From assembly GCA_029564595.1 (NCBI GenBank), contig JAKQPS010000113.1:32227-96226 (forward strand): 64,000 nt of DNA. Direction: 5' to 3'. This DNA comes from a bacterium (lineage in GTDB: Bacteria; UBP15; UBA6099). Each line of letters opens with the position of its first letter. The stretch's first letter is position 1. Below are positions 10,112 through 20,666 of this stretch, piece after piece. The position numbers and the translations under genes were made by a program. The notes beneath the pieces are model-generated. The model was given only the letters and a program-made list of their open reading frames with translations. It ran no database searches and was not told the origin of the DNA.

Positions 10112-10522
10112 ATGAAGATAGATACGAGCACATTTGCGGCGTTTGCGGCCAAGAGCATGGAAAAGCTCAAGGCGGACTTCGACCCTGCCGAAAAAGAGCG
10201 CGAAGGCAGCCTCAAAGCGATTCTTACGAGAATAAAGAACGCCCGCATATCCCGCGACCTCAGAGACCACTACTCTAAGCTTGTCCGCACTATGGCCGCA
10301 GACGACAGATTGGACGACAAGCTGATCAAAAGCATCCTTGAAATAATTTTTCTTCTGGAAATGACATCTTCCGAAAACGAAAAAAACGAGGAATACGCGG
10401 TCGGAAACGCTGAGAAAACCGTTAACGATGAAATGAAACAACTCCGCAGCGACCGCGCAGAGATAAAAACCCGCAAAGAAAGCCTGCAAAAACTCCGGGA
10501 CAGCTTTTCCGCCATTGCCTGA
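10112..10522 (+). CDS. Hypothetical helical protein
   Basis: 136-aa ORF, charged and helical, no recognisable motif. Divergent from the methyltransferase gene. Confidence 0.4.
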   Translation: MKIDTSTFAAFAAKSMEKLKADFDPAEKEREGSLKAILTRIKNARISRDLRDHYSKLVRTMAADDRLDDKLIKSILEIIFLLEMTSSENEKNEEYAVGNAEKTVNDEMKQLRSDRAEIKTRKESLQKLRDSFSAIA

Positions 10523-10814
10523 TTCCGTCAGCTACGCAAATTACATTTCCACATCGATATGCATGAGTTATATGAATTCTTGATTTATGCCTGATTGGTC
10601 AAAAGAAAATAAGGCCTTGAAAATTCCGACAAAAACATCGCAATACTCTCAAAATTGACCGTGCAAAAAGACGCGAAAAATCTAGAAAATATTTTTCTAT
10701 AGGTTTTTTTCAGGTTAATATAACCCTTCTATCCATTGCGTCGCTATGAAATTTCGGGTGTTTATCTTATCATATAGTTCGACTGTCGGTTGAGTCGGCG
10801 GGGAATGATTATTT

Positions 10815-11285
10815 ATGAATATGAAGGAAATCGGAACTCCGAGGAAGGCTTTCGGAATCGTCTGGGCGGCGGAGCTTGTGGCTCCGGCTATTTATGTGGT
10901 TATCGGACACAGTTTCATCAAAGGCGGGGCAATGAGCGCGTTTGCGTCCGGAAACTCTCTGCTTATGAAGGCGATGCTGGCGACGGGGGCCTTGGTTTTT
11001 ATCGCCGGATTCGTCTTTCCGCAGATGAGGTTGAACGACGCCGCTTTTCAGAAGAAAGGCGGCGCGGACGAAGCCGCGCAATACGTCTTTACCACAGGGC
11101 TGATATCGCTAGGGATGTTTGAGACCGTCCCCCTGCTCGCTCTGGTATGGGGATTCGTCGCCGGGGATTTGACTTACCTTGTTCCTTCCGCAGTCATAGC
11201 GATGATAGCGATAATTTTTATACGCGGCCAGATAAATATGAGTTTCGACAGAGTTGAATCGTTGTTTCCGAACGGGAGAGGATAA
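10815..11285 (+). CDS. Hypothetical membrane protein (about 4 TM)
   Basis: Hydrophobic segments throughout. No family recognised. Confidence 0.45.
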   Translation: MNMKEIGTPRKAFGIVWAAELVAPAIYVVIGHSFIKGGAMSAFASGNSLLMKAMLATGALVFIAGFVFPQMRLNDAAFQKKGGADEAAQYVFTTGLISLGMFETVPLLALVWGFVAGDLTYLVPSAVIAMIAIIFIRGQINMSFDRVESLFPNGRG

Positions 11286-11286
11286 C

Positions 11287-11994
11287 ATGCCGAGCGCCGA
11301 AAAAGGGCCGGAAGCGGTCAGGAAAATCTTTCAAACAAAAAAGATGGCGCTGATAGCGAGCCTGCCGGCTAATGACGTTGGGCTTGCGGTTGCGGCGCAA
11401 GCTGGCGGAGCGGACATGATAAAGATACATTTGAACGTCCGCCACGCGGCGAGCGGCGCGTGTTTCGGCTCATTCGCAGAGGAGCGCGCCCGGATAGAAG
11501 CCGTGCTTGGCTCAGTTGAAATCCCTGTGGGAATAATGCCGGGCGCGGCAACGGCGGCGACCGCGCTAGAACTGGAATCTCTTGCGGAAATGGGAATCGC
11601 GTTTTACGACATTTACGCTAGCGACATGCCTGCGGAATATCTCAAAGTCGAAGGAATAGAGGCAATGGTAGCGCTCGGTCCGGACTGGCGGGAATGGGAG
11701 CCGGAAAGATATTCTTCGCTGGGAGTCGGGCTGCTCGAAGCTTCCATAGTGAAACATGAGGAATACGGCAGGCCGCTGTTCGCGTCCGACCTCGCGGCGT
11801 ATTCGAGGATAGCGGCGGCGTTCGCGGGAGCGGTTGTCGTTCCGACGCAGAAAGCGATCAGGCCCGACGAAACCGCGCTGCTGGCAAGATGCGGCGTCAG
11901 GGGATTGATGATAGGGAAAATCGTCGCGGGGGACAGCGCGTCCTCCTTTGAAAAGAGCGCGGCGGAATTCGCCCGGCGCATCGCCGAGCTTTAA
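11287..11994 (+). CDS. Hypothetical protein (possible TIM-barrel fold)
   Basis: Internal ATG start just after the upstream stop. Alternating beta/alpha pattern, but no confident family. Confidence 0.35.
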   Translation: MPSAEKGPEAVRKIFQTKKMALIASLPANDVGLAVAAQAGGADMIKIHLNVRHAASGACFGSFAEERARIEAVLGSVEIPVGIMPGAATAATALELESLAEMGIAFYDIYASDMPAEYLKVEGIEAMVALGPDWREWEPERYSSLGVGLLEASIVKHEEYGRPLFASDLAAYSRIAAAFAGAVVVPTQKAIRPDETALLARCGVRGLMIGKIVAGDSASSFEKSAAEFARRIAEL

Positions 11995-12014
11995 CCGCCC
12001 GGCACCGGAGTTAT

Positions 12015-12896
12015 ATGCATCCAATATTCTTTTCTTTTCCGCAGATTGAGATTCTAGGCAGGACGGTCGGGCCGTTGCATATTCACGCATACGGCGTGAT
12101 GCTCGCGGTGGCTTTTCTGTTCGGCCTCGCGCTGCTCATAAGAGAAGGCCGCCGCTATAAGTTCTCTTCAGACGACATGCTGGACATGACGATTTACATA
12201 ATTATTTCCAGCATAATCGGCGCGCGCATCATGTACATCTTGTTGTCAATAGGCGACTATTCCACCGACCCGCTGGGGGCGTTGAAGATATACGAAGGCG
12301 GGCTTTCGCAGCACGGCGGAGTCATCGGAGGCTTTGCGGGGCTTGCGCTGTTCGGTTGGAGAAAGAAATATTCCATCGCGGCGCTGTGCGACGCGGCGGC
12401 TCCGCCTCTTGTTCTAGGTTCGGCGGTCGCAAGATGGGGATGCTTCCTGAACGGATGCTGTTACGGAGCGCCGTGGAACGGGCCTTTCGCTATTGTTTTC
12501 CCCTCTTTGGGCGACGGTCTCCCCCGCCACCCGGCCATGCTTTACGACTCTTTCCTGCATTTCGCGCTGCTCGGCGCGATGTTCGCCCTCAGACGTTTCA
12601 AGCGGAAAGACGGGGACATGGTGGCGTTCTATCTTGTCGGTTTCGCTATTCTCAGATTCATCACTGAAATATTCCGCTCCGGGAACACCGGCGTGGCAGT
12701 CGTCGGAACGATCACCATAGCGCAGCTTGTGTCGATTCCGCTGATTGCCGCAGGGATATTCATCTATACGAGGCCCGCGAAGCCTGTCGCCGCGCCTTCC
12801 GCAAAAAATAACAAGAAGAACTCAAGCCCGCCGAAGAAAACCAAAGGCTCCTCCGCGTCCGCCCCTCAGAAGAAGAAAAATAAGGGGAAACGCTGA
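12015..12896 (+). CDS. lgt: Prolipoprotein diacylglyceryl transferase
   Basis: Lgt signatures HAYGVMLAVAF, GGLSQHGGVIGG, ARWGCFLNGCCYG. Has a Lys/Pro-rich C-terminal tail. Confidence 0.85.
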   Translation: MHPIFFSFPQIEILGRTVGPLHIHAYGVMLAVAFLFGLALLIREGRRYKFSSDDMLDMTIYIIISSIIGARIMYILLSIGDYSTDPLGALKIYEGGLSQHGGVIGGFAGLALFGWRKKYSIAALCDAAAPPLVLGSAVARWGCFLNGCCYGAPWNGPFAIVFPSLGDGLPRHPAMLYDSFLHFALLGAMFALRRFKRKDGDMVAFYLVGFAILRFITEIFRSGNTGVAVVGTITIAQLVSIPLIAAGIFIYTRPAKPVAAPSAKNNKKNSSPPKKTKGSSASAPQKKKNKGKR

Positions 12897-12900
12897 ACTC

Positions 12901-13926
12901 ATGTGTTCCGAATCGCCGCATGTCAATCAACTGGACGATGAGAATCTCGAAGACCGGGAACATGAGTTTCAGGCTGAGGCCGACTGCTCCCGGCTCGACA
13001 TGTTTATTAAGGAACGCCTGACGACTCTTTCTAGGGGCCACATTCAAAGGCTGATAAAGACCGACTCCGTCTCTCTGAACGGAGTGGCGGCGAAACCTTC
13101 AAAATCCGTCCGGCCCGGCGATTGGATAAGGGTCTCCCTTCCGCCGCTTCAACCTTCGGACATTGTTCCGGAAGACATCCCGCTGGACATCATTTTCGAG
13201 GACGGCGATATAATAGTCGTCAACAAACCCAAGGGAATGACGGTTCATCCCGCGCCGAATCAATCCACCGGAACGCTTGTAAACGCCCTTCTGAAATATT
13301 GCGGCAACAGTCTTTCCGGCATAAACGGAGTGGCCCGGCCCGGTATCGTTCACAGGATAGACAAGGACACTTCCGGTTTGCTGGTGGTGGCAAAAACCGA
13401 TTTCGCGCACAACCATATCGCCGAACAGATAAAACTCAGAGAGACGACCAAGAAGTACACCGCGGTCGCGCACGGCGCGCCCTCGAAAAGTTCCGGCCGC
13501 ATCGAAACGCTCATCGCCAGAAATCCGAGAGACAGAAAAAAGATGTGCGTGGCGAAAAAGGACGGAAGGGACGCGATAACGCTATACGAGACGAAAGAAA
13601 AGTTCGGGCATTTTTCCGAGATTGACGTAAGGATTTTGACCGGGCGCACGCATCAGATACGGGTGCATCTGGCGCACATAGGATGCCCTATCGCCGGCGA
13701 CGGCGCGTACGGCGGCGGCTCTCTAAAAACGCAGGAGCTTCGCGGGGATAGACGAGCGGCTTTTCAGGACGCCCTCGACCGGCTTCAGGGTCAGGCGCTT
13801 CACGCGCGCGAGATTTCTTTCAGACATCCGAGGACCAACGAGACTGTAAGTTTTACCGCGCCGCCCGCGCCGGACATAGCGGCATTCATCAATTTTCTAA
13901 AGGAGAACGATCCTCTTGAAGTTTAA
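12901..13926 (+). CDS. rluD: RluD-family 23S rRNA pseudouridine synthase
   Basis: S4 domain followed by the catalytic motif HRIDKDTSGLLVVAKT. ATG at 12901 immediately after the lgt stop. The upstream extension in the ORF track overlaps lgt. Confidence 0.85.
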   Translation: MCSESPHVNQLDDENLEDREHEFQAEADCSRLDMFIKERLTTLSRGHIQRLIKTDSVSLNGVAAKPSKSVRPGDWIRVSLPPLQPSDIVPEDIPLDIIFEDGDIIVVNKPKGMTVHPAPNQSTGTLVNALLKYCGNSLSGINGVARPGIVHRIDKDTSGLLVVAKTDFAHNHIAEQIKLRETTKKYTAVAHGAPSKSSGRIETLIARNPRDRKKMCVAKKDGRDAITLYETKEKFGHFSEIDVRILTGRTHQIRVHLAHIGCPIAGDGAYGGGSLKTQELRGDRRAAFQDALDRLQGQALHAREISFRHPRTNETVSFTAPPAPDIAAFINFLKENDPLEV

Positions 13927-15028
13927 GATTGAAGGAACGGAAGGAGCGGCCCGCGCGGGCGCGGTCGAACTGCCGAGAGGCAGTTTCCTGACTCCGGCGT
14001 TCATGCCGGTAGGCACGCAGGCCACCGTCAAAGGCCTCTCTCCCGAAGAACTGCGCGAACTTGGTTTCAGAGTGATACTGTCGAACGCGTATCATCTGTA
14101 TCTGCGCCCCGGACACGAGCTTGTGGAATCGATGGGCGGACTCCACAAGTTCATGGCGTGGGACGGACTGGCGCTCACTGACAGCGGAGGCTATCAGATT
14201 TTCAGCCTGAAAGGGATGATAAAACTCACTGACGAGGGCGTGACGTTCAAGTCGCATCTCGACGGGTCGTCGCATTTCATCCGGCCCGAAGACAGCATGG
14301 CGATACAGAGGGCTATAGGCGCGGACATGGTCATGGCGCTGGACGAATGCCCTCCGGGCGACTCGGACAGAATAAAACTTGAGGCGGCGGTCGCTCGCAC
14401 CGCCGCATGGCTGCGTCGCTGCCGCTCCGTTTCTCTCAAATCTCACCAGACGCTTATCCCGATTATTCAGGGCGGAACGGACCGCGAGATGAGGCGCAGG
14501 TCTGCGGATTTGACTCTCGAAATGGATTTCGACGCGCACGCGCTGGGCGGCCTCAGCGTCGGGGAGGAACGCGGCGCGATGCTTGACACTGTGGAGTTCG
14601 CCGCCCCGCTCCTGCCGCATGACAAACCCAGATACCTCATGGGCGTCGGAATGCCGTCGGACATCCTAGACGCTGTGGAGCGCGGGATCGACATGTTCGA
14701 CTGCGTGCTGCCGACTAGGATGGGAAGAAACGCCGCCGCATTCACATCGCGGGGCAGGATTAATCTGCGAAACGCGGCGCACGCCCGCGACGACAGCCCG
14801 ATCGACCCCGAATGCGACGGCGCGTGCTGCCGCAATTTTTCCCGCGCGTACGTCAGGCATCTCTTTATGTCCGGCGAGATTATGGCCGCGCGGATAACCT
14901 CTTTTCACAATCTCGCTTTTTATGCTAGAATGATGGCTCTCGCCCGAAAGGCGATACTCGAAAATAGATTCGCTTCTTTCAAGCGGGATTTCGAGGCAAA
15001 GCAAAACAACGGAGGCGTTAATGAATAA
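13916..15028 (+). CDS. tgt: Queuine tRNA-ribosyltransferase
   Basis: TPAFMPVGTQATVKG, LGGLSVGE, Zn-site CxCxxC...H. tgt-yajC gene order. Confidence 0.9.
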   Translation: MKFKIEGTEGAARAGAVELPRGSFLTPAFMPVGTQATVKGLSPEELRELGFRVILSNAYHLYLRPGHELVESMGGLHKFMAWDGLALTDSGGYQIFSLKGMIKLTDEGVTFKSHLDGSSHFIRPEDSMAIQRAIGADMVMALDECPPGDSDRIKLEAAVARTAAWLRRCRSVSLKSHQTLIPIIQGGTDREMRRRSADLTLEMDFDAHALGGLSVGEERGAMLDTVEFAAPLLPHDKPRYLMGVGMPSDILDAVERGIDMFDCVLPTRMGRNAAAFTSRGRINLRNAAHARDDSPIDPECDGACCRNFSRAYVRHLFMSGEIMAARITSFHNLAFYARMMALARKAILENRFASFKRDFEAKQNNGGVNE

Positions 15029-15305
15029 CCCCCAGATAGTGAACCTAGTGATGATTGTCGGGTTCATAGCAATTTTTTACTTCATACTGCTCCGCCCCCA
15101 GAGCGTTCAGCAGAAGAAAAGAAAAGAGCTGCTGGAATCGCTTAAGGTGGGCGACAAGGTTTTGCTCAACAGCGGAATCTACGGCGAAATAACCGAGGTC
15201 AGAAAAAGCAGTCTTCGGGTGAAGATCGCCAAAGATGTTGTAGTCAGATTGGATCGCAGCGGAGTACAGTCTAAAACAAGCAAAGAAAAAGAAGAAGCCG
15301 ACTAG
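15021..15305 (+). CDS. yajC: Preprotein translocase subunit YajC
   Basis: 94 aa with one TM, and YajC motif LKVGDKVLLNSGIYGEITEV. Confidence 0.85.
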   Translation: MNNPQIVNLVMIVGFIAIFYFILLRPQSVQQKKRKELLESLKVGDKVLLNSGIYGEITEVRKSSLRVKIAKDVVVRLDRSGVQSKTSKEKEEAD

Positions 15306-15316
15306 ACAGGGTCGAA

Positions 15317-16051
15317 ATGTCTGAAAAGATTCACCCCGGTAAAGACGGAATAAGCGCAGCGGGAATAGCGATAGCGCTGGCGGTGTTCGTAGTTGTCGCG
15401 ATGGGGCTGACGCGACTGTCCGACCGCGCGGTAACAGCTCCTGCTGAAATGACGGCGGCGCATCAAACGCTTCCGCGCGAACATGTCGAGCAGGCTCAAG
15501 TCGCCGCCGCGCCTGAGACGGGAGAAATCATGCCGCCCGCTCAAGCCGAAACGGAACGGCAAATCGTTGCTGCTGCGGAACCGCGCCGGGAACCAGCGCA
15601 ACCCCGCCCCGCCCCGCCCCAACCCGCAGTTCGCCCAACTCCAGCTCAATCCGAGAAAACTTCTGTGACCATAAATAGGGTGCAACAAGCGGCGCGCCCG
15701 GTTCCGTCGGAGCTTCTTCCCAATGTGACCGTCCCCGCGCCCGGAAAACTTGTCGAGCCTCCGCCCGCTGTCGAAAAAGTCGATCCGAAATCCATCAACG
15801 ACCCGGCGGCAGCCATGTGGTACTCAGTACGCGTCGGGTACACCGACAGCAAAGTGAGAGCGGACATCCTGCGAGACGTTCTGCGCGAACAGGGATTCCC
15901 GAAAGCGGACACCGTGAACGGGGGCGACGGAACGTATTTCGTTTCTCTCGGCGATTTCAACTACCGGTATCAGGCCGAACAGGTGTCGGACTCGGTGAAA
16001 GACAGGACGAGCCTTCTGCCGATGATTCACGAAAAAACGGTGGCTAAATAA
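15317..16051 (+). CDS. SPOR-domain protein with Pro-rich linker
   Basis: N-terminal TM, PAPPQP-rich spacer, and C-terminal SPOR-like fold (YSVRVGYTDSKVRADIL...YFVSLGDF). Confidence 0.6.
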   Translation: MSEKIHPGKDGISAAGIAIALAVFVVVAMGLTRLSDRAVTAPAEMTAAHQTLPREHVEQAQVAAAPETGEIMPPAQAETERQIVAAAEPRREPAQPRPAPPQPAVRPTPAQSEKTSVTINRVQQAARPVPSELLPNVTVPAPGKLVEPPPAVEKVDPKSINDPAAAMWYSVRVGYTDSKVRADILRDVLREQGFPKADTVNGGDGTYFVSLGDFNYRYQAEQVSDSVKDRTSLLPMIHEKTVAK

Positions 16052-16128
16052 ATATCTATCGCAACGCAACCGGCGCGATAATAGCCGCGCCGCAAACAAC
16101 TCGAAAAGAATCCATGGAGGAATATACA

Positions 16129-17070
16129 ATGAAAAGAATAATCAACGCACTGGCGGTCGCGGCGCTCGCGCTTTTTGCCGCTGTTATGGCAACGCCTGTT
16201 TTCGCAGCATCGTCCGACTCCGAGAAAGAAATCGCATCGGTATTCGAATCGCTTTGCGGCAACGCTGAAAAGAAGGTTGGCATACATGTGAAACCGGCTT
16301 CGCCCGCTCCCGGCAAGGCTTACTCCTCTGCGTCAATCTCGTATCTTTCATACGAGTTTGCGTCCGGCATGTGGATATTCAGGGAGATCGAGACGTCTGA
16401 CACCGGAGCGAAAAGAGTTTCCGGCGCGTGGAAGAATGTTCCGTTGGTTTCCGTATCCGGCGAAAAAACATTCAAAGACATCTATATAGACGACGCGTCC
16501 GTGCGAGGATATTCCGGAGAGGCGCTCGACCGCGCCCGACTCGAATATCTCCTCTCTCTTGATGGAATATCTTTTGACGGCGCTTCACTGAAACAAGCGG
16601 CAGCAAGCGCGGCTTCGGCCGATTCCGATAGAGTTGCCGTTCGTCAACTTCCCGCTCAGGCTTATTCTCAGGATTCCATCCCCGAACCTGTCATGAAGCT
16701 CATCATGGAGAAGCTTGACCCGGTGGTTTACACGGGCCTAATCATCGACGCCACGGAGACCGGAGCGAAAAGAACCCTCTCGCCGAACATCGTCACTTCC
16801 GACGGAAAAATCCTTCACGGTTTCGACAAGGAAATGAACACTTACAAGGACATCGACGGCAAAGACGTCATAAGGTACGCGCGTTCAGTCGATGAAGCAA
16901 AGGAACAGAAGGCGAACATCGGAACGGAGCCGCTGGTGATAAAGGCTGTCGGCGCGACTGGCCATTTCAAAGGCGACATCCTTATTTCGGATGAAGACGC
17001 AAAAGCGATTCTTGAGGCTGAAAAACACGGGAAGTTTCTTTCCAACAGAAAAGTGATTATTGCGCTCTGA
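16129..17070 (+). CDS. Secreted hypothetical protein
   Basis: Signal peptide MKRIINALAVAALALFAAVMATPVFAASS. GGAGGA Shine-Dalgarno 7 nt upstream. Confidence 0.5.
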   Translation: MKRIINALAVAALALFAAVMATPVFAASSDSEKEIASVFESLCGNAEKKVGIHVKPASPAPGKAYSSASISYLSYEFASGMWIFREIETSDTGAKRVSGAWKNVPLVSVSGEKTFKDIYIDDASVRGYSGEALDRARLEYLLSLDGISFDGASLKQAAASAASADSDRVAVRQLPAQAYSQDSIPEPVMKLIMEKLDPVVYTGLIIDATETGAKRTLSPNIVTSDGKILHGFDKEMNTYKDIDGKDVIRYARSVDEAKEQKANIGTEPLVIKAVGATGHFKGDILISDEDAKAILEAEKHGKFLSNRKVIIAL

Positions 17071-17122
17071 CGCCACATGCCCGCGAACGCGCGGCTTCGA
17101 TAGCAAGGGAAACGGTTGACAC

Positions 17123-18076
17123 ATGGCATTCAAACAGGAAACGTATGACGTTGTGATAATAGGGTCAGGGCCGGCGGGTCTGACGTGCGCGCTATACTGC
17201 GCGCGGGCCGGACTGGGCGCGGTCATTCTGGACAGAGGCATGCAGGGCGGCCAGATGGCTATGACTGAATGGATAGACAACTATCCGGGTTTTCACGAAG
17301 GAGTGGAAGGCTCCAAGCTCGGCGAACTGATGTTCGAACACGCGCGGAGGTTCGGCGCCGAATCGACATACGCGACGGTCGAACGCATTGTCGGAAAAGA
17401 CTCCGATGGCATTTTGACTGTCGAGACGGACATGGGGCCGTTGAAAGCGAAGGCCGTTGTGGTAGCCACCGGCGCGGCTCCCGCAGAACTTGGCGCGCCC
17501 GGCGAGGCCGAACTTCGCGGCAGAGGCGTTTCGTACTGCGCTGTGTGCGACGGCAATTTTTTTAAGGGACAGGACGTGTGCGTGATCGGCGGCGGCGACG
17601 CCGCTGTCGAGGAGGCGGCCTACTTAGCGAAGCTCTGCCGAAAGGTTTACATCGTCCACAGAAGAGACAAACTGAGAGCGGCGAAAGCGGCTCAGGACGC
17701 CGCCGCGTCAAAAGACAATATTGAGTTCGCGCTGAACAGCATTCCGACAGCGATACTCGGCGACACTGAAGTGAAGGCTCTTCGAGTCAAAGACGCCGTT
17801 GCCGGCGAAGAGAGAGATTTGCCCTGCTCCGGCGTTTTTATTTATGTCGGAATTAAACCCGCCACGGATTTCGCGCGCGGCGCGCTTGATCTGGATGAAA
17901 ACGGATTCATAGTCACGGACAATGAAATGAGAACGAGCATGGATGGAGTGTACGCTGCTGGCGACGCCCGCAGGCCGAGAAACAGGCAGGTTGTAACAGC
18001 CTGCGCCGACGGAGCGACCGCCGCTCTGACTATCGAGCGGATACTCAACGAACAACCGGACAGATGGAGAAAATAA
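17123..18076 (+). CDS. trxB: Thioredoxin-disulfide reductase
   Basis: FAD motif VVIIGSGPAG, redox CAVC, NADPH motif VIGGGDAAVEEA. Confidence 0.9.
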   Translation: MAFKQETYDVVIIGSGPAGLTCALYCARAGLGAVILDRGMQGGQMAMTEWIDNYPGFHEGVEGSKLGELMFEHARRFGAESTYATVERIVGKDSDGILTVETDMGPLKAKAVVVATGAAPAELGAPGEAELRGRGVSYCAVCDGNFFKGQDVCVIGGGDAAVEEAAYLAKLCRKVYIVHRRDKLRAAKAAQDAAASKDNIEFALNSIPTAILGDTEVKALRVKDAVAGEERDLPCSGVFIYVGIKPATDFARGALDLDENGFIVTDNEMRTSMDGVYAAGDARRPRNRQVVTACADGATAALTIERILNEQPDRWRK

Positions 18077-18897
18077 TGAGCGGACTATATGACAGGATAC
18101 AGGCGGCGGTCAAGGCTGTAAGAGCGAAAACGGATTTCTCCGCGCCCACAGGGATAATACTCGGCACGGGTTTGGGCGCGATCGCAAAGGAAATCGATAT
18201 TGAAACTTCCATCCCTTATGAGGAAATTCCCGGATTCGCCAAACCCACCATATTCGCGCACGAAGGCAATTTGCTGTTCGGCAAGCTGAGCGGCAGGCCG
18301 GTCATAGCGATGCAGGGAAGGTTCCACCTTTACGAGGGTTTCACGCCGGATCAGGTCGCGTTTCCGGTCAGAGTCATCCGCGCGCTGGGCGCTGACACGC
18401 TGATAGTGTCCAACGCGGCGGGCGGATTGAGAAGATTTTTCCAACCCGCCGCTCTAATGATTATCGACGATCACATAAATATGATGGGAATTAACCCGCT
18501 CATCGGGCCGAACGATGAAAGGCTGGGACCGAGATTCCCCGACATGTCGGAACCGTACGACCGGGCGCTTGTCGCGCTCGCGGAAAAAATAGCCCTCGAA
18601 GAAGGCATAGACGCGCACAAAGGCGTTTACGTGTCGGTGACAGGCCCCAATCTTGAGACCGCCGCCGAATACCGCATGTTCATCAATATGGGGGCGGATG
18701 CCGTGGGAATGAGCACTGTTCCGGAGGTCATCGTCGCCAAGCACGCGGGAATGCGCGTTTTCGGCGTCTCGGTGATTACCGACATGTGCGTGCCGGATTG
18801 CCTTAAACCCGCGGACATCAAAGACATTATCAAATACGCCAATCAAGCTGAACCGAAACTGACGCGCCTCATATCTAAACTCGTCGCTTCGATATAA
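18076..18897 (+). CDS. Purine nucleoside phosphorylase (PunA/MTAP-type, trimeric family)
   Basis: TAATG overlap with trxB. PNP family I motifs (GMSTVPEV, VSVITD). Confidence 0.8.
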   Translation: MSGLYDRIQAAVKAVRAKTDFSAPTGIILGTGLGAIAKEIDIETSIPYEEIPGFAKPTIFAHEGNLLFGKLSGRPVIAMQGRFHLYEGFTPDQVAFPVRVIRALGADTLIVSNAAGGLRRFFQPAALMIIDDHINMMGINPLIGPNDERLGPRFPDMSEPYDRALVALAEKIALEEGIDAHKGVYVSVTGPNLETAAEYRMFINMGADAVGMSTVPEVIVAKHAGMRVFGVSVITDMCVPDCLKPADIKDIIKYANQAEPKLTRLISKLVASI

Positions 18898-19137
18898 ATC
18901 ATTAATAAATTGGTTTGTTGGATTTTGCGGTGAAACCATTTTTTTGCAAAAAACATGTTTCCCCGCGCCCCTTCCGAAAAAAACTCTTTGTCGCCGATTT
19001 TGTTGAACTTCGTTCTTTACAAAATCGTCTCATTTCATTGATATGCGAAAAAGATATAGTTTTATGCAAGACACACAAATGGGTGGGTAAAATCAATTAA
19101 GAACTGACATAAACAAAATTCTTCCGCGCGCGTTATG

Positions 19138-20181
19138 TCAGAGTATCTCTTTTTTCAGGAAACGCTGCAAATCCGCAATCAGACGAAAATTCAGCGCGAA
19201 AGTGTTAATGTGCCCGGTGGGATACACCCTCAGCCACGGCATTCCGCCCCATGCCGCGTCTGTCGCCTCGACTGTTTCCACGGGGACGAGATGATCGTAA
19301 CGTCCTGAAGCCATGAACATGTTTTTCACCGGAACTCGCGGCTTCATCCGCCTCAGACTCATGAGAGCGTGCGCCCTGTCGTCCGACAGCATCGTCAACT
19401 CCCCGGCTGCCTCTCTGCGCCGCCAGTCATCGGCGTAATCCCATTTCGCGAAAAGGTCCGCCATGTCCACAGGAGGCATACACATTATGGCGAAATCGGC
19501 GTTGCTCGCGTTGCACGCGTAAGCGCCTGACAGAACGCCGCCGAAGGAGACCCCGAACAACCCGACGCTCCCTGCCCCGTTCTCGTTCAACCAGTTTATG
19601 AAAACCTGAACATCCGCGAACGACTGCCTGAACGAAAGCAGCGTCCATCTCGTCTCCGGAGTCATCAAATACTGCCCGCTGAAAGAACCTTCCGGAGTGC
19701 GCCGTTGCGAATACGGAATGGTGACCATCGCCGTTTCAAAACCCCAAGACGCGAACCTGAGCGCCCACCATTCAAAATAGAAATCGAAAGCCGCGTCCAC
19801 GTGCAGTCCGTTCAGCATCACGATGACAGGCGCTCCCTTGCGTCCGTCCAGCCGGAAATGCTTAACATACACCGTGTTGTTCTCTGAAAAAACCGTCTCT
19901 ATCGGGCTTGGATAGCTCCCCTCCCAAACAGACACGAACGGAAGCTGGGATGATTTTCTGAACCGTATGTCAGGGACTGCATCGGAAGGAGCGAAGAAAA
20001 GAGCCGGGTCTCCTAGCTCCTCGTCCGTCAGCAGAGCGCTCACATCGTATCCGGTCACATCCGGAATCTCCGGAGTCGAAGTCAGTTTCCCCGCTATCGA
20101 AGCAATCAAGTCAAAAACATCCGTCACGGCCTTGTCGAAATCCATTATGATACGCTCCCGGCGGCCCCAACTGCGAGCCAA
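19138..20181 (-). CDS. Alpha/beta-hydrolase fold protein
   Basis: Nucleophile elbow GVSFGG, plus downstream Asp and His candidates. Alternative start at 20145. Confidence 0.6.
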   Translation of the reverse strand: MARSWGRRERIIMDFDKAVTDVFDLIASIAGKLTSTPEIPDVTGYDVSALLTDEELGDPALFFAPSDAVPDIRFRKSSQLPFVSVWEGSYPSPIETVFSENNTVYVKHFRLDGRKGAPVIVMLNGLHVDAAFDFYFEWWALRFASWGFETAMVTIPYSQRRTPEGSFSGQYLMTPETRWTLLSFRQSFADVQVFINWLNENGAGSVGLFGVSFGGVLSGAYACNASNADFAIMCMPPVDMADLFAKWDYADDWRRREAAGELTMLSDDRAHALMSLRRMKPRVPVKNMFMASGRYDHLVPVETVEATDAAWGGMPWLRVYPTGHINTFALNFRLIADLQRFLKKEIL

Positions 20182-20393
20182 GTGTCTTTAACGATGATTC
20201 TAGCAGAACACAGCCAAAATATGCCATCGGAGATTTGTATGACTGATAATCTATCATACTGAAGTATATGCACTGCTCACAGCGCGCAAGCAATGAGTAA
20301 GAACAATTGCGTTGAATTTGTATATTACTGTAACATGCGCTCAAAGCGTCTGATACAATATCTCAAGGCGGAAAACCGGGATATAATTTAGAT

Positions 20394-20630
20394 TTGCAGG
20401 AGGAACCCATGAGCGAAGAATCGAAAGTGTGCGATGTTCCGGGGAAGAGCAACCATGTTCGCCATCATAACCACGGCGGACAAGCAGTATACGGATTAGG
20501 ATTTATCGGCGCGGCGGTATACTTCATCGGCAATGCAACAACCTTCGGCTCCGGCGTCGTCGGTTTCCTAAAAGCCATCGTATGGCCCGCATTCCTCGTG
20601 TATGAAGCATTCAAAACATTGTACAATTAA
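20394..20630 (+). CDS. Small glycine-zipper membrane protein (GlsB/YeaQ-like?)
   Basis: 78 aa, two hydrophobic helices with GxxxG repeats (GLGFIGAAVYFIG...GSGVVGF). Confidence 0.35.
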   Translation: MQEEPMSEESKVCDVPGKSNHVRHHNHGGQAVYGLGFIGAAVYFIGNATTFGSGVVGFLKAIVWPAFLVYEAFKTLYN

Positions 20631-20666
20631 GCGTTGCACATCGTCGCAAAGATTCTTTCTTACTCA

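Noticed and set aside
12745-12900. Upstream extension of the rluD ORF overlapping the 3' end of lgt
   Set aside because: The extension is read through the lgt C-terminal Lys/Pro-rich coding region in another frame. The ATG at 12901 directly after the lgt stop gives a canonical RluD N-terminus.
19104-19141. Inverted repeat ctgacataa-N20-ttatgtcag overlapping the stop codon of the hydrolase gene
   Set aside because: A 9-bp stem with a 20-nt loop and no U-run, so weak as a terminator. It could be a protein-binding site but there is no supporting context.
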